A stretch of 64,000 nt of DNA from Pyrinomonadaceae bacterium. Lineage in GTDB: Bacteria > Acidobacteriota > Blastocatellia > Pyrinomonadales > Pyrinomonadaceae. The notes below the pieces were generated by a model. It was given only the letters and a program-made list of their open reading frames with translations, did not search any database and had not been told where the DNA came from. The position numbers and the translations under genes were made by a program. Where the stretch lies: NCBI GenBank assembly GCA_041743485.1, contig JBGTMR010000184.1:4242-68241 (forward strand), in the 5' to 3' direction. Shown in pieces: positions 28,120-37,863 of the stretch (position 1 is its first letter; every line of letters begins with the position of its first letter).

Positions 28120-28263
28120 ACAACACAGCATTCACACGGATATTGTGTCACGAAATACGGTTTGTACTTCGGTTGAAAAAGCGGTGTGTTGACAAGATTG
28201 AGTAGGGAACGAAGACAAAGAAAAGTCATTGTTGACGACATAAACGGTTTGAGGGGAAGGGGC

Positions 28264-30006
28264 ATGGGAGCAAAGAAATCAGGGAATGGTAACTCAGTAA
28301 GCGCGAAACCAACCTTCCGCAGTACACAATCCGCAGCTATGGAGAAGATACGCCCGGAGTTAAACCTCGAAAAATGGGCGATCTGGGAACTCGCACGCGC
28401 CAAAGGACGCGCCGAAGTCAAGATACTCGAACGACAACTGACCGGACCAGACGGGAGCAAGCTGACGGCGCGGGTCAAACGCGGCATCACCGACCTCGGA
28501 ACCACGACCACCGAAGACCAAAAGATTTACTACGCCCTGACTAAGATATTTGAGGAGAACGGGCGGCGCGAAGGACCGACGGCGTTCTCATTACGACAGA
28601 TTGCGAAGATACTGAAGAAAAAGTGGGGCACGAACGTCATCACTTCAATCACCAACTCGCTTCTCCGTCTGCGGCAGACGCCGTTCACATGGAATAATTC
28701 TTACTACGACAGCACGAGCGGTCAGACCATCAAACTTCTCGATACATTCAACATCCTCTCCGACCTCAAGTTGAGCGAGCGTGAGCATCAGGACGGCGTA
28801 TCTAGGACGGCGACCGCGATCTTCAGGTTCAACCAGCACATCGAGAAAAATCTTGTCGGCAATCACACCAAGCCACTATTTCTTGATGCCGTACTCAGTT
28901 TCAAGAGCGACCTCGCGCAAGTTCTGTACACGTACCTCGATACGATCATGGCGGACAAGGGGCAGTACGAACGACGGACGAAGGAACTCTTCGAGGATTT
29001 GGGTTTGCGCGGGACGGCTTACCGGAACCTGTCTGACAGGAAGCGACAGCTAGATAAAGCCTTGAAGGAGATTGTGGGCATCACGATCAGCACCGGCGTT
29101 ATCACCGTCGCGGCGTTGGAGAAGACGAAGGAAGGTCCCGACTACAAAGCCGTCTTCAAAAAAGATGCTCCGCAAGGATTCGCCGAAAACGCGCAGAGGG
29201 AAGCACAGTCGAACAAAGCGGCGCAGAACCAGAGCGAGGTCGCCCATGACACAATCGCGCGCCCGCCCGATGCTGTTGAAGTGCGCGATGAAGCGCACGA
29301 TCTCGTCTCGTACTTCCACCAATCCTTTCACGGCACGGAGAAGCCCGCGCCCAGCAAAAAAGAACTCGAACACGCCCGCGACTTAATCGAAAAGCACGGT
29401 TTTGAGTTAGCGAAGTACATCGTTGATTTCAGCGTTCGTGAAGCTCCCAAAACCAAATACAAGCCCGCCGTATTCGGCGGCATCGTTCAGTATGCGCCGA
29501 GTGCCCTTGCAGAGTACGACAAGAATATTGACGTGAACCGTCCCGACTCTGGAAAGTTGTTCTGTGAGTTTTGCACGTACACGCCGGGCTTCCGGTACGT
29601 CGAGCCTGATAGCCAACTCCGACGTTGTACGCATAAACTCGAAGTCGAAAGCCAATACGCGAATCGCGTTCAGTCGTACACCGGACGCGCGGCTGAACAC
29701 CCGGAAGCCGAGCGCGAAGCTGACCCGGAAGCATCCGCACTATGGAGCGCAGCTTTGGATAAGTTGGGTGCTGTGTTAGGTAGTAGTGCCGTCGAAACTT
29801 GGTTGGGCGAAAACGCCGTCCGCGCACTCAGGATCGAAGACGATCATCGCCTCGTACTCGAACCGGCGAACCCGGTTGTCGCTGAATGGATAGCCGGAAA
29901 CTTTGCCGACGTGGTAAACACTGCTCTGATGGCGGTCAGCGGGACGATGGAGTCATGGACGTTGGAGTTCACCACGCCGGATGATCCCGGCTTCGCTCTC
30001 CGGTAA
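28264..30006 (+). CDS. plasmid-type replication initiator (RepA/RPA-like winged-helix N-region) with a C-terminal DnaA-N-terminal-like domain
   Basis: ORF 28186-30006, with the likely start at ATG 28264 after GAGGGGAAGGGG. ...DLGTTTTEDQKIYYALTKI...FSLRQIAKIL...ITNSLLRLRQTPFTW resembles initiator protein A-type Reps. The last 89 aa resemble DnaA domain I. Iterons lie immediately upstream. Confidence 0.75.
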   Translation: MGAKKSGNGNSVSAKPTFRSTQSAAMEKIRPELNLEKWAIWELARAKGRAEVKILERQLTGPDGSKLTARVKRGITDLGTTTTEDQKIYYALTKIFEENGRREGPTAFSLRQIAKILKKKWGTNVITSITNSLLRLRQTPFTWNNSYYDSTSGQTIKLLDTFNILSDLKLSEREHQDGVSRTATAIFRFNQHIEKNLVGNHTKPLFLDAVLSFKSDLAQVLYTYLDTIMADKGQYERRTKELFEDLGLRGTAYRNLSDRKRQLDKALKEIVGITISTGVITVAALEKTKEGPDYKAVFKKDAPQGFAENAQREAQSNKAAQNQSEVAHDTIARPPDAVEVRDEAHDLVSYFHQSFHGTEKPAPSKKELEHARDLIEKHGFELAKYIVDFSVREAPKTKYKPAVFGGIVQYAPSALAEYDKNIDVNRPDSGKLFCEFCTYTPGFRYVEPDSQLRRCTHKLEVESQYANRVQSYTGRAAEHPEAEREADPEASALWSAALDKLGAVLGSSAVETWLGENAVRALRIEDDHRLVLEPANPVVAEWIAGNFADVVNTALMAVSGTMESWTLEFTTPDDPGFALR

Positions 30007-30429
30007 AGTTCTTACCCCGGACTCACAGATAAAATAGCGATCAAGTAGTCACCGAAAGCCAGTTATGGCGAGTGTGACGTATCTCCGCCGAGTCCAACCT
30101 CTGCTTCGACGAGTCGCGCTTCAGCTTCCGAGTTACGATGACGTAAACGCCTGTCGCGGAAACCGCTTCCCTTAAAACACACCGATTTCCTTTACAACGC
30201 ACCGTCGGTAAAGGAATCAAAAATAAACTTTCGAGCGGTGGTAATCGTTTTGGTAATTCAGCGTCACAACAGAATGTAAGCAGTTAGATTGATGCAGTGA
30301 GCGACCTGAGCTGTAATACCTAAGGTAGAGGAATCTAAATCGAGTCTCATAATCTTTCGAGTAAAATACCACTTGGAGGGTGTAAATAATTTTGTGTAAG
30401 TAGTCGTCACCGATAAACTCTGACTTTCA

Positions 30430-30944
30430 ATGAAAGAGATGACGATGATGACCAAGACGACTACTGACGGAATCAACCTTGATCTGGTTGACCAACTGCT
30501 CAAGGACTACAAGAAGCCGGAGGACATCCTTGGCGAGAACGGGATTCTGAAGCAGTTCACCAAAGCGTTGCTGGAACGAGCGATGCAAGTCGAGATGGCG
30601 GAGCATCTCGGTTATGAGAAGCACGACGCTTCCGGTGACAACTCCGGCAACTCACGAAACGGTTCTTCGAGTAAAACCATGAAGGGCGACTTCGGCGAGC
30701 TGCCTATCGAAGTTCCGCGCGACCCCAACAGTGAGTTCGAGCCGAAGATTGTTCCCAAAGGTAAAACCAGACACGGGCGGCTTCAATGAAAAGATGTTGT
30801 CGCTTTATGCGCGTGGGATGACGACGCGCGAGATACAACAACACATCGCGGAAATCTATAAAGTCGAAGTCTCGCCGCAGCTTATTTCCAACGTCACCGA
30901 AGCCGCGATGGAAGATGTCACGGCGTGGCAGACCAGACCCTTAG
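30430..30944 (+). pseudogene. IS256-family transposase gene remnant (frameshifted, 3'-truncated)
   Basis: ...DLVDQLLKDYKKPEDILGENGILKQFTKALLERAMQVEMAEHLGYEKH is an IS256/mutator N-terminus. The frame breaks near 30770 (second ORF ...LYARGMTTREIQQHI...WQTRPL). Similarity stops at 30944, where the IS3 end begins. Confidence 0.75.
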
Positions 30945-32173
30945 TGAGATGGTCAAGTTTTACCGGACACAACCCTCTCGCTACTTGACCCTTTCTTTTT
31001 GTTATTAGAGTGCCATTCCCGCTCGAACTCTTCGGGAGTTTTGTAATCAAGAGCCGAGTGCCGTCGCACCCGGTTGTAATAACCTTCGATGTAAGCGAAG
31101 GTTTCGCTTTTGGCTTGCGCCGTGTCTTCAAACAATCCGTCTTCAAGTAGTTCGGCTTTGTATCTCGAAAACAGACTTTCGGCTTGCGCGCCTGTCCCAA
31201 CAATTAGCGCGCCGTGACATTGATTGCCGACATTGGTTGACTTGCAACAGTGCGCGGAAGTTCTTTGACACGTACTGAGAGCCGCGATCCGTGTGAATGA
31301 TTGTCCGCGCCTTGATGCCGCCGCTTCCAACTGCACGCTCGAAGGCTTTAATCACTAATGCTTCGGTCATCGAATCGGCGACCGCCCACCCCACAATGCG
31401 GCGCGTGAATTTGTCTTGCCAACTCGCCAAGTAACTCCACTTACCTGACGCAAGCGGCAAATAAGTGATGTCACCGACGATGACTTGACCGGGTTGCTGT
31501 GCCGCGTTCCCGGCATTAAGCAACAGATTCGGACTCACCTCAGATGTGTGGCGCGAATCGGTTGTGTGTGGACGAAAACGCTTTGGAGCGATAGCGTGTA
31601 AGCTTTGACGCGCGCATCAGCGAGCGCACTTGAAAACGTCCGACACTCACACCCTGTGCGAGAAGTTCCGCCGTGATGCGGCGCGACCCGTAGCGTCGCC
31701 GGTGAGCAAAGAAAACCTCTTTGACTTGCTTGCCGAGTTCGGCTTTCACTGCGCTTAACATGTAAGTTTTGCCGCTCCGGTAAGCCTGATACGCGCTCTC
31801 GGAAACTCGCATCACACGGCACACCACCGTGAGTGGATAGTTGCCCTTAACTTTGTCGATGAAGCGGTAACGAATTACGCGCTTCTGCCGAAGATAAGGG
31901 CTGCCTTCTTTAGGATGTCGCGCTCCATCTCCAACTCACGAATCCGTTTCTTGAGTAAGAGCGTTTCCTTATCCGCGTCGAAGCTACTCGCAGTTACTTG
32001 TCGTTTCCAGTTATGCAATAAACTACCCCGCCACGCCTAACTCGCGTGCGACGCTCGCTACCGATTGACCGTCATGTATTTTCTTGACGGCTGATTGTTT
32101 GTATTCTTCGTCGTATTTTCTCATCGCTGTATTCTAGCGGGAGTGTTGTGTCCTGAATAATTAGACCACCTCA
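30945..32173 (-). mobile_element. IS3-family insertion sequence, transposase decayed
   Basis: The terminal inverted repeats are imperfect and about 33 bp long. They are TGAGATGGTCAAGTTTTACCGGACACAACCCTC at 30945-30977, matched by the reverse complement of 32141-32173 (TGAGGTGGTCTAATTATTCAGGACACAACACTC). orfA (ATG 32124, MRKYDEEYKQSAVKKIHDGQSVASVARELGV) runs into a stop. The orfB DDE region (IIHTDRGSQYVS) is split over three frames (31540-31827, 31143-31538, 30953-31336). Confidence 0.85.
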
Positions 32174-32346
32174 AAGACGCTCCGAAACTATAAGCCGACG
32201 TTCGATTGAACGATAATCAAAGCGAGCAAACCTGAAGGGAAGATAAACTCGGTGTGCCACAGTACAGACGACAATCTTCTTTCATGGGAGAATGCTGCCG
32301 GACGATAAATCGAAAGAAGGATTTTGACAGTGGAGATTGCAGGTGA

Positions 32347-32865
32347 ATGTTAGTGAATAGATTGAAGCTAGTGAATAAATTTTCGTCGCATCTTGCGGCG
32401 AGGTATCGCGGTACAGCAGACGAACATTCGCAGGAACATTCGCAGCAAGATACGGGGTATCTACCCGCAAAGAATAAAGAGGGCGACAGTCCCGTTATCT
32501 TATTAGTGGATGATGTTGAGGAAATCCGCGACTGCATCAAGAATTTGCTGGAGCAGGATGGTTACCACATAGAGGTAGCGAGAGATGAAGAATGTGCCGT
32601 AGAGAATGCCCGGCGTAATCATCCCGATTTGCTTTTGGTGTGTATAGAAGGATTGACCGACGACATCGTGGCAGCCGGTCTCCGCATACGCATACGCGCT
32701 GAACTGAGTGGTGATGTAGCGGTCGTGGTCTTGTGTTGTGAAACGATGAACGAAGGGGGGAAAATCTCAGTCGGCGATAATGTTTATGTCATATGCCCCG
32801 ATAACTTCAATCAGTTAAGACGATTCCTCAACCGCCTGCAGAGCAGACTTGCACTCATCGCATAA
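32347..32865 (+). CDS. stand-alone receiver-like protein lacking the phospho-acceptor (Cys at the D57, T87 and K109 equivalents)
   Basis: ILLVDDVEE keeps the acidic pair. PDLLLVCIEG, VVVLCCE and YVICPDNF align with CheY DLVISDWNMP, VLMVTAE and YVVKPF. Confidence 0.7.
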   Translation: MLVNRLKLVNKFSSHLAARYRGTADEHSQEHSQQDTGYLPAKNKEGDSPVILLVDDVEEIRDCIKNLLEQDGYHIEVARDEECAVENARRNHPDLLLVCIEGLTDDIVAAGLRIRIRAELSGDVAVVVLCCETMNEGGKISVGDNVYVICPDNFNQLRRFLNRLQSRLALIA

Positions 32866-32950
32866 CGTCGAATGTGGGGGTTCAAATAAGAACTCTTGTC
32901 CGAAGCGCGAAGAGTTCATCAGCCACTCAATTTCATACCTACCCGAACGC

Positions 32951-33673
32951 TCACGCCTTGCCGAGTAACCGTTCAGTTGCATTCTTGACGACCTCGTAGC
33001 ACTCACAAACTTGTGTCTCAAGACCCGCACGGTTGAGTATGGTGATTTGCCCGCGATGGTAGGTGATTATTCTTTCGTCTTGAAGCCGTCCGGCGGCAGC
33101 CGTGACCCCCTCACGACGCGACCCCAACATGTTGGCGATAAACTCTTGAGTCATCGCTAAGTTATCCGATTGCACGCGGTCGTGGCTAAGCAACAACCAA
33201 CGGCAAAGGCGCTGTTCCAACGAGTGAAGGCGGTTGCAGACGGCTGTCTGCGAAATCTGAATCATCAGTGCCTGTGCATATCGCAGCAGCATCAACTGAA
33301 AAGCTCCACCCATTTGGAACTCCCTCTGAAGAATCCTCGCCTCCATCTTCAGTGCCCCTCCTGCAATTTGTACAGCCGCCCGGTTAGGTGCTGTGTCGCC
33401 GCCCATGAAAAGGGCGACGCCTACCACTCCGTCATTGCCGATCAAACCCATTTCCGCCGTCATGCCGGTCTCCATCGTATAGAGCAGAGAAATGATGGAT
33501 GTAGTCGGGAAATAAACGTAGTGTTGATGCTCGCCGGATTCATAGATGACTTCGCCGAGTGCGAATGTCACGTACTCTAAATCAGGAATGAGGCGTTCGT
33601 AATCTTCTTTGGGAAGGGTTGATAAAAGATGGTTCGTGGGCAAATCAGGCAGTTGATTTGTCAGCGGGAACAT
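32951..33673 (-). CDS. Crp/Fnr-family transcriptional regulator
   Basis: cNMP-binding beta-roll (FALGEVIYESGEHQHYVYF...) plus a C-terminal HTH (TQEFIANMLGSRREGVTAAAGRLQ). Confidence 0.85.
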   Translation of the reverse strand: MFPLTNQLPDLPTNHLLSTLPKEDYERLIPDLEYVTFALGEVIYESGEHQHYVYFPTTSIISLLYTMETGMTAEMGLIGNDGVVGVALFMGGDTAPNRAAVQIAGGALKMEARILQREFQMGGAFQLMLLRYAQALMIQISQTAVCNRLHSLEQRLCRWLLLSHDRVQSDNLAMTQEFIANMLGSRREGVTAAAGRLQDERIITYHRGQITILNRAGLETQVCECYEVVKNATERLLGKA

Positions 33674-34439
33674 AAGCAGCCTTTCAGCGTCAATCGCTTT
33701 TGGAAAAAACAGCTTTTGGAGAAGACAGATGAACTAAGGTGGCTACGTTCATCTCAAAGCGGGGTCAACGGGCTTGAAACCGGACACCCAAAAATCGCGG
33801 AGGAGAATACCACAATACGGCTGCCGTGAAATGGAATTAAGGCCTTGGCAATCCGAAGGGTCTGAACATCTCGACCGAGAGATTTGTGTAGCAGTAGTTT
33901 CAATGTGAAGCTTGTCATTTTGGCGATAACGCGCGTTGATAATTCGATGCCCGTCTTCGTCGGCAAGCCTTGCATGTTGCGTCTCCGTGTTTTGAATCTC
34001 GTTTCACATCAGCCGAATAATACAACGTGTTTATCACGCTGCAAGGATTCTTGCAAGGACATGTTACACACTTATGAATATGTGTGTTAACGCACAGACC
34101 GATGTTTCCTCCTACCATTACTATCCGCTTCAGTCAATACAACCAAGTAAATTAGATGGAAAAATTGTTAGTCGCCGACGATCTTCGTCACGATTTATTC
34201 TCTTGAACTGTGCGAATCACGGCTAAGGATAGGTGTTTCTTGAGAGCGGCAAATATCAATAAACCAGACTCGCACACGAGTATCCACAGGGACATTCGAT
34301 GCGCTACTCAATTCGGAATCGCACTCTATCCCGTAAAGTATTTTCTTGACCGGTCATTAGCTCATCGCCTGTCGAAGCACTCAAAGTTGAGTGGTATTCG
34401 AGTGATTCTGAAAACAGCTTTTTCCGTTCAGGAGATGTC

Positions 34440-34976
34440 ATGCAATTAAGCACTAGAACTCAGACAGAAGACTTTGAAGTCGCTGCTATACCGCACGTCA
34501 ACGAATTACTTAGGTCAGCCGTGCGCCTCGCCGCGAGTCGAACCGAAGCCGAAGATTTAGTGCAGGAGGTTTATTTGCAGGCGTGGAAATCTTTTCATCG
34601 GTTCGAGATGGGAACTAATTGCCGCGCCTGGTTGTTCAAGATTTTGATGAACAAAAACATGAAACGTTCGCGCAAACGGTTCGCGTCCGTCAGGGAAAGC
34701 AGCGAGACGATTGAAGATATAAGGTATGTTCCGCCCGTCTCAGAGCGGCTTAGCGATGAAGATGTACTAATCGGTTTGCAGAAAATCCAGCCATGCTACC
34801 GCGAGACGATATTGCTGACGGATGTCGAAGGTTTCTCATACAAAGAGACCGCCGACATTTTGAATATTCCCATCGGGACGGTGATGTCGAGGCTCAATCG
34901 CGGCAGAAAGATATTGAGGGTTGAATTGGCGGAAGTGGCGCAGTGCTATGGAATCAGAACACAGCAGGTGATGTGA
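34440..34976 (+). CDS. ECF-type RNA polymerase sigma factor
   Basis: Region 2 (EAEDLVQEVYLQAWKSFHRF) and region 4 (SYKETADILNIPIGTVMSRLNRGRKIL). Confidence 0.9.
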   Translation: MQLSTRTQTEDFEVAAIPHVNELLRSAVRLAASRTEAEDLVQEVYLQAWKSFHRFEMGTNCRAWLFKILMNKNMKRSRKRFASVRESSETIEDIRYVPPVSERLSDEDVLIGLQKIQPCYRETILLTDVEGFSYKETADILNIPIGTVMSRLNRGRKILRVELAEVAQCYGIRTQQVM

Positions 34977-35186
34977 GCGAGCGAGCATGAGGCGGATACG
35001 TTTATTGTCTTCATGGAATATGTAGCGACTTTAGAGAGATATAATGTCGAATAATCGTTGCGGATAAACGTTCGTCCTATGAATGGTCGTTTGGATTCTC
35101 AATCGAGAGAAGCGACGCTCTACTTGCACATACGATTTTCCGCGAAGGAAGTCGAATGCACATACACAAGCTTTGATGGAGTTTGA

Positions 35187-35411
35187 ATGCCTGAACCAAT
35201 CTGCGTGAAATGCGGTAACAACACATTTGAATTAGCCGAGAGTTCGCCGCTCGGCTCCAACTTCAAATTCCTGTTCTTGCAGTGTTCAAGTTGCGGCGGC
35301 GTCGCCGGGGTGCTGGATTATTTGAACATCGGCAGCATATTAACCGAACAAAACAATCTTCTCAGGAGCATTGCAGATGCTCTGAAGGTGGATGTCGAAT
35401 CCGAAACTTAA
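35187..35411 (+). CDS. small zinc-ribbon protein (CxxC...CxxC)
   Basis: 74 aa. The cysteine pairs are CVKC at residues 6-9 and CSSC at 33-36. The C-terminus is helical. No family recognised. Confidence 0.5.
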   Translation: MPEPICVKCGNNTFELAESSPLGSNFKFLFLQCSSCGGVAGVLDYLNIGSILTEQNNLLRSIADALKVDVESET

Positions 35412-35690
35412 CTGTCGGAAACATTGCGGAAACCTTGAAGGCTTATCGTCATCGCCGAACCGGATTGCTCCGAGTCGAGTCTTTGAGGAAACCAAATTCT
35501 TTACCTTATATGTGGTCGCATCTCTATTTTCAACGACTCATTTCGGGATGTTGAAATATAGAGATGCAGACAATCTATTCATAATAAATTTTGCTGTGCA
35601 GGTCAGGGCTAATTCAAGGACTCACAGGAGAAATCGTCGAGAACACAAACGCTTCAAACAATTAACGGCAAGTGGCTAAGGAGAACCGAA

Positions 35691-36878
35691 ATGCCTCACC
35701 CTGCTCAATCTCACGAGAGTCCTCATTTAATGGTTGAAGACCCGGCTAGCCGTCACGAAAATACAAACACCACAGCTTCACATATCAACCGTAATCATCT
35801 TTACGGCGCGGCAAAGCCGGAAGCCCGGCATATCTTTAAGCACCGGAACGCCAACGATACCTGTAGCAACACGAATCGCGTCAACGGTTATATCATCGCG
35901 CATCCGGCATATCCGTTGCTCATCGGTCAATCGCCGCCGATGATGCGATTGTATTCTCTCATCGAACGCATATCTTTGAGGGACAATTCCGTCTTGATAA
36001 CAGGCGAGACCGGAACCGGGAAAGAACTCGTCGCGCGGGCTATTCATCGCCAGAGTCCGCGACGCGGCGAATCGTTTGTTGACATCAACTGCTCCGCTAT
36101 TCCCGATACACTCTTTGAAGCCGAACTCTTCGGTTATCAACGCGGCTCTTTTACGGGTGCGATGGAGACGCGGCGCGGCTTGCTCGAAGAAGCTTCCGGC
36201 GGGATTCTCTTTCTCGACGAGGTGGATGCCCTCAGCCTTCCCGGTCAAGCCAAACTCCTGCGTGTGTTGCAAGAAGGGTATGTGCGACACCTCGGCGGAC
36301 GTGAAAACATTCCGGTCGATGTTCGCATCGTCGCGGCAACGGGTCGTGACCTTCAACAGTCAGTCAAAGAAGGCACGTTTCGCAGCGACCTGCTTTTCCG
36401 TTTGCGCGTCGTGCCGTTGCATGTACCGGAACTGCGCGAACGCGGAGAAGAAGATTTACGGTTATTAACCAACCACTTCCTGCTTAGAGACGCCCAACGC
36501 TACGATGTTATACCGCGCGTATTCAGTTCCGAAGCGTGCGAGGCACTGAGTTTGTATCACTGGCCCGGAAATGTGAGGGAACTGGAGAACGCCGTCGCCT
36601 ACGCGCTTGCGGTCGGAATTGAAGAAGACTTGGGAATCGGCGATTTGCCGCAGGACATACTCGCGGCGGTAAATGTTCAGCACGGCGTTCTCAAGGAATA
36701 CTTGCACCAGCATCTATCTTTAGCGGAGATTGAACGCCGCTACATTCTTTTCGTACTCGAAAGCTTCAAAGGCAATCGTGCCAAGACCGCGCTCGTCCTC
36801 GACTTGGATTTACGGACACTTAATCGCAAGCTGAAAGTGTATTTGGCGGTGACCAAATTCATGACCGCGCGCGCCTGA
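35691..36878 (+). CDS. sigma54-dependent activator without a recognisable sensory domain
   Basis: GETGTGKE, GSFTGA (GAFTGA variant), VRELENA and a C-terminal HTH. About 85 N-terminal residues show no receiver, GAF or PAS pattern, and the start is uncertain. Confidence 0.85.
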   Translation: MPHPAQSHESPHLMVEDPASRHENTNTTASHINRNHLYGAAKPEARHIFKHRNANDTCSNTNRVNGYIIAHPAYPLLIGQSPPMMRLYSLIERISLRDNSVLITGETGTGKELVARAIHRQSPRRGESFVDINCSAIPDTLFEAELFGYQRGSFTGAMETRRGLLEEASGGILFLDEVDALSLPGQAKLLRVLQEGYVRHLGGRENIPVDVRIVAATGRDLQQSVKEGTFRSDLLFRLRVVPLHVPELRERGEEDLRLLTNHFLLRDAQRYDVIPRVFSSEACEALSLYHWPGNVRELENAVAYALAVGIEEDLGIGDLPQDILAAVNVQHGVLKEYLHQHLSLAEIERRYILFVLESFKGNRAKTALVLDLDLRTLNRKLKVYLAVTKFMTARA

Positions 36879-36915
36879 AAAACAACCGGCTTTTCTAATT
36901 TTCTGGAGGTTAATT

Positions 36916-37485
36916 ATGCGACGATTCATGTACTCATCAATCCTTTTGCTGCTCTTAACTACGGCTTGTCAGAAAAGCGGTACTCCGCCGCCGACGACAA
37001 CCGACAACCCGCAAACGGCGACCGACTATTACAACAGAGGCGTCGAGCGGCAAGGCAAAGGCGACATCAACGCCGCCCTCGCCGACTACACCAAAGCCAT
37101 CGAACTCGACCCGCGCAATTTCAACGCCTTCAACAATCGCGGCAACATCAAGCAGGACAAAGGCAACCTGAAAGGAGCTATCGTTGACTACACCGCCGCC
37201 GCCGCAATCAACCCGCGCCACGCCCCGGCTCACTTCAATCTCGCGCACGCATACCAGACTAGAAAAGATTACGGGGGAGCCATCTATCAGTACGGCAAGG
37301 CTATCGAGGTGAAACCGGACTACGCGATGGCTTACGCCAACCGTGGATTATGCCAGTTGTATGACGGCGAAGACGCCGAAGCACAAAAGGACTTCGACCG
37401 CGCGATTGAGATTGACGGTAATTTGAAAGGTTCGCTTGACGGGTACGTCGCAAAAGTAAAGCAAGAGCGTATGGCGAGACGTTAG
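36916..37485 (+). CDS. TPR-repeat lipoprotein
   Basis: LLLLTTAC lipobox, then repeated ...A(L/I)xDYTKAIELDPxNxxAxxNRG... TPR units. Confidence 0.85.
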   Translation: MRRFMYSSILLLLLTTACQKSGTPPPTTTDNPQTATDYYNRGVERQGKGDINAALADYTKAIELDPRNFNAFNNRGNIKQDKGNLKGAIVDYTAAAAINPRHAPAHFNLAHAYQTRKDYGGAIYQYGKAIEVKPDYAMAYANRGLCQLYDGEDAEAQKDFDRAIEIDGNLKGSLDGYVAKVKQERMARR

Positions 37486-37514
37486 AACGTTAAAAACCCC
37501 TGAAGAACTTGCGC

Positions 37515-37556
37515 GAGGTTGAGTATGCGGATGGCATACTCAACCTCTTTTTTTTA
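37515..37556 (+). terminator. rho-independent terminator
   Basis: Perfect 14-bp stem GAGGTTGAGTATGC (37515-37528) with GCATACTCAACCTC (37534-37547), a 5-nt loop, and a T8 run at 37548-37555. Confidence 0.85.
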
Positions 37557-37848
37557 TCGTTGAAGCGAACGCGGATTCGCCGTCATCCTCGAAAGTTAAA
37601 CGATTAAGCCGCCGCGTTCAGTCCCGTTTCAGTTCGAGTTCGTCCGAAGTTGTAGTCGTCGGAACAGAAGTTCAGCCCGCACACGCAAAATTGTCCCGCG
37701 AGCCGCTATCTTGTCTTATCAAATTTGTCCGAAACGAAATAAAAAGGCATCGCCGATGAAGTGCAAGGTATGACACTCAATGTCCCCAAGTGTTGACAGG
37801 GAATAGGTTACCGGCATCGGCGAAAAAACTGATATTGAATCCGTATGA

Positions 37849-37863
37849 CGGCATGAAGGTTGC
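37849..37863 (+). promoter_or_regulatory. candidate sigma54 (-24/-12) promoter
   Basis: cGGCAt-GAAGG-TTGCc compared with the consensus TGGCAC-N5-TTGCW. The GG-N10-GC spacing is correct. About 300 nt upstream of the DUF4331 start and about 1 kb downstream of a sigma54 activator gene. Confidence 0.25.

Noticed and set aside
28101-28511. 136-aa minus-strand ORF across the rep 5' end
   Set aside because: It is antisense to the start of rep and to its promoter region, and it has no motif.
34063-34090. Imperfect palindrome TTACACAC-N10-GTGTGTTAA in the Crp/ECF intergenic region as a Crp-type operator
   Set aside because: The arms are imperfect (one extra T), and the half-site orientation and spacing do not fit TGTGA-N6-TCACA or the FNR TTGAT-N4-ATCAA box. 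I note it as a curiosity only.
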